Part shown: piece after piece, positions 28,953 through 30,464 of the stretch | How the letters are laid out: the number at the start of each line of letters is the position of its first letter | Numbering within the stretch: position 1 is the first letter of the stretch | Assembly (NCBI GenBank): GCA_963817385.1 | Contig: CAWFOM010000011.1 | Location: 1-30,464, forward strand | Source: an uncultured delta proteobacterium | GTDB taxonomy: Bacteria > Desulfobacterota > Syntrophia > Syntrophales > UBA5619 | Reading direction: 5' to 3' | Length of the DNA stretch: 30,464 nucleotides | Position numbers and translations under genes: made by a program | Notes under the pieces: generated by a model | What the model was told of the DNA's origin: nothing | The model's database searches: none | Seen by the model: the letters and a program-made list of their open reading frames with translations, nothing else

Positions 28953-30446
28953 GTGTCCGACCAGGGTATGTTATCGTATCTTCTCATCACGCTTCAGCCC
29001 GCCAACTTCTTCTCCTGCTTCGCCGGCGCGGTGATCGGCACGCTGATCGGGGTGCTGCCGGGCCTCGGCCCTGCGGCGGCCATGGCCCTGGTCATTCCGC
29101 TCACCCTGAAGCTCGGTCCCACCGCCGGCCTGATCATGCTGGCGGGGATCTATTACGGCTCCATGTACGGCGGCTCGACGACCTCGATCCTCGTGAATGT
29201 CCCGGGGGAACCCGCCAGCGTCGTCACGACCCTCGACGGGTATGCGATGGCTCGAAAGGGGCGGGCCGGGGCGGCCCTGGCCATCTCCGCCATCGGCTCC
29301 TTCGCCGCCGGGACCTTCAGCGTGATCGCCCTGCAGTTTTTCGCGCCCGTCCTGGCCAGGACCGCCCTCGCCTTCGGACCGGCCGAATACTTCGCCCTGA
29401 CGGTCCTGGGGGTCGTCCTCCTGTCCAACCTGACCGGAAAATCCCGGATCCGATCGCTCATCATGATGATGGCGGGCCTCATCCTCTCCGCCGTGGGAAT
29501 GGACCCGATCGGCGGCCTGGAGCGCTTCTCGTTCGGCATCGAAACCGCCCAGGGGGGCATCAGCTTCATCGCCATAACCACCGGTCTCTTCGGGATTGCC
29601 GAGGTCTTTGAGGTGATGGCCGCCCGGGAAAAACCGGTGGAAATCCTGCCCGTCAAATTCCGCGAACTCTACCCCAACCGGAAAGAGATGAAGCGCTCGG
29701 TAGCCCCCATTGCCCGCGGATCGGTCCTGGGATTTCTGATCGGCCTCCTGCCGGGACCCGCCGCCACGATGGCCTCGTTCGCCTCCTACGGCCTGGAGCG
29801 ATCGATCTCCAAGCACCCGGAGGAGTTCGGCAACGGCGCCATCGAAGGGGTGGCCGGACCCGAATCGGCCAACAATGCCGCGTGCGGCGGGGCGATGATC
29901 CCGCTGCTCTCCCTGGGGTTCCCCTTCACCCCGGCCACGGCCGTTCTTCTGGGGGGAATGCTCATGCACGGCATCACTCCGGGTCCTTTTCTCCTGCGCG
30001 ACCGCCCCGACGTCTTCTGGGGGGTCATCGGCAGTTTCTATCTCGGCAACGCCATGCTCCTGATCCTCAACCTCCCCCTGGTCGGGATTTTTGCCAAGCT
30101 CGTCCGGGTTCCTTCCCGATACCTGATGCCGGTCATCGTGGTTCTCTGTGCGATCGGCACCTACGGGGACAACGGCGCCCTCTTCGATGTCTGGGTGATG
30201 CTGGGGGCGGGAGTGATCGGCTACGTGATGCGCAAATACGATTATCAGCCTGCTCCGCTGGTGGTGGGACTGGTCCTGGGACCGGTCATGGAACGGTCCT
30301 TCCGGCAGACGCTGATCATCTCCGGAGGAAGGGTCGAGAGCCTCTGGGAATCGCCCATTTGCATGGTCATGTGGGGAGTCGCCCTGCTGTCCATCGTCCT
30401 GCCGGGCATGATCCGCCTCGTCAAGCGGGGGATAAAGGCCCTTTAG
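28953..30446 (+). CDS. tctA: Tripartite tricarboxylate transporter large permease TctA
   Basis: [17 protein letters not shown]...[44 protein letters not shown]. Confidence 0.93.
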   Translation: MSDQGMLSYLLITLQPANFFSCFAGAVIGTLIGVLPGLGPAAAMALVIPLTLKLGPTAGLIMLAGIYYGSMYGGSTTSILVNVPGEPASVVTTLDGYAMARKGRAGAALAISAIGSFAAGTFSVIALQFFAPVLARTALAFGPAEYFALTVLGVVLLSNLTGKSRIRSLIMMMAGLILSAVGMDPIGGLERFSFGIETAQGGISFIAITTGLFGIAEVFEVMAAREKPVEILPVKFRELYPNRKEMKRSVAPIARGSVLGFLIGLLPGPAATMASFASYGLERSISKHPEEFGNGAIEGVAGPESANNAACGGAMIPLLSLGFPFTPATAVLLGGMLMHGITPGPFLLRDRPDVFWGVIGSFYLGNAMLLILNLPLVGIFAKLVRVPSRYLMPVIVVLCAIGTYGDNGALFDVWVMLGAGVIGYVMRKYDYQPAPLVVGLVLGPVMERSFRQTLIISGGRVESLWESPICMVMWGVALLSIVLPGMIRLVKRGIKAL

Positions 30447-30464
30447 AAAAGCTTCGGAGAGACC

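Noticed and set aside
30446..30457. GAAAAGCTTCGG after tctA as a third operator
   Set aside because: Only half matches the palindrome, no promoter is visible and it lies at the window edge.

Overview
GC-rich bacterial window with an anaerobe-like gene set; a Desulfobacterota/Syntrophales-type host is my inference from the octaheme-NrfCD module, hypAB, LDH-like mdh and the long purL plus separate purQ. In order: the end of an aapQMP/bzt-type amino acid ABC operon; a sigma70-driven octaheme cytochrome c, TAT 4Fe-4S and NrfD redox module behind a structured leader; a minus-strand block (SLOG-like protein, hypB, hypA, REC-Hpt, GGDEF remnant); dedA and a beta-helix membrane protein; mdh, glmM, purL and purQ. 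Two accessory loci follow. (1) A lower-GC four-gene operon at 16.8-21.2 kb encodes a MenA-like prenyltransferase, an in-frame ICMT-like methyltransferase/MacB-FtsX permease fusion, an ABC ATPase and an atypical polyprenyl-PP synthase. It is the best candidate for an undescribed prenylate-methylate-export system. (2) A LacI-controlled catabolic locus has two visible operators and encodes a creatininase-family hydrolase, a Tm-1-like ATP-binding protein, a class II aldolase, a Zn-dehydrogenase, a TIM-barrel isomerase and TctCBA, with no canonical kinase in the window. About 11 single-base frameshifts, four of them in purL, look like sequencing or assembly errors. I saw no tRNA, rRNA, CRISPR array or mobile element.
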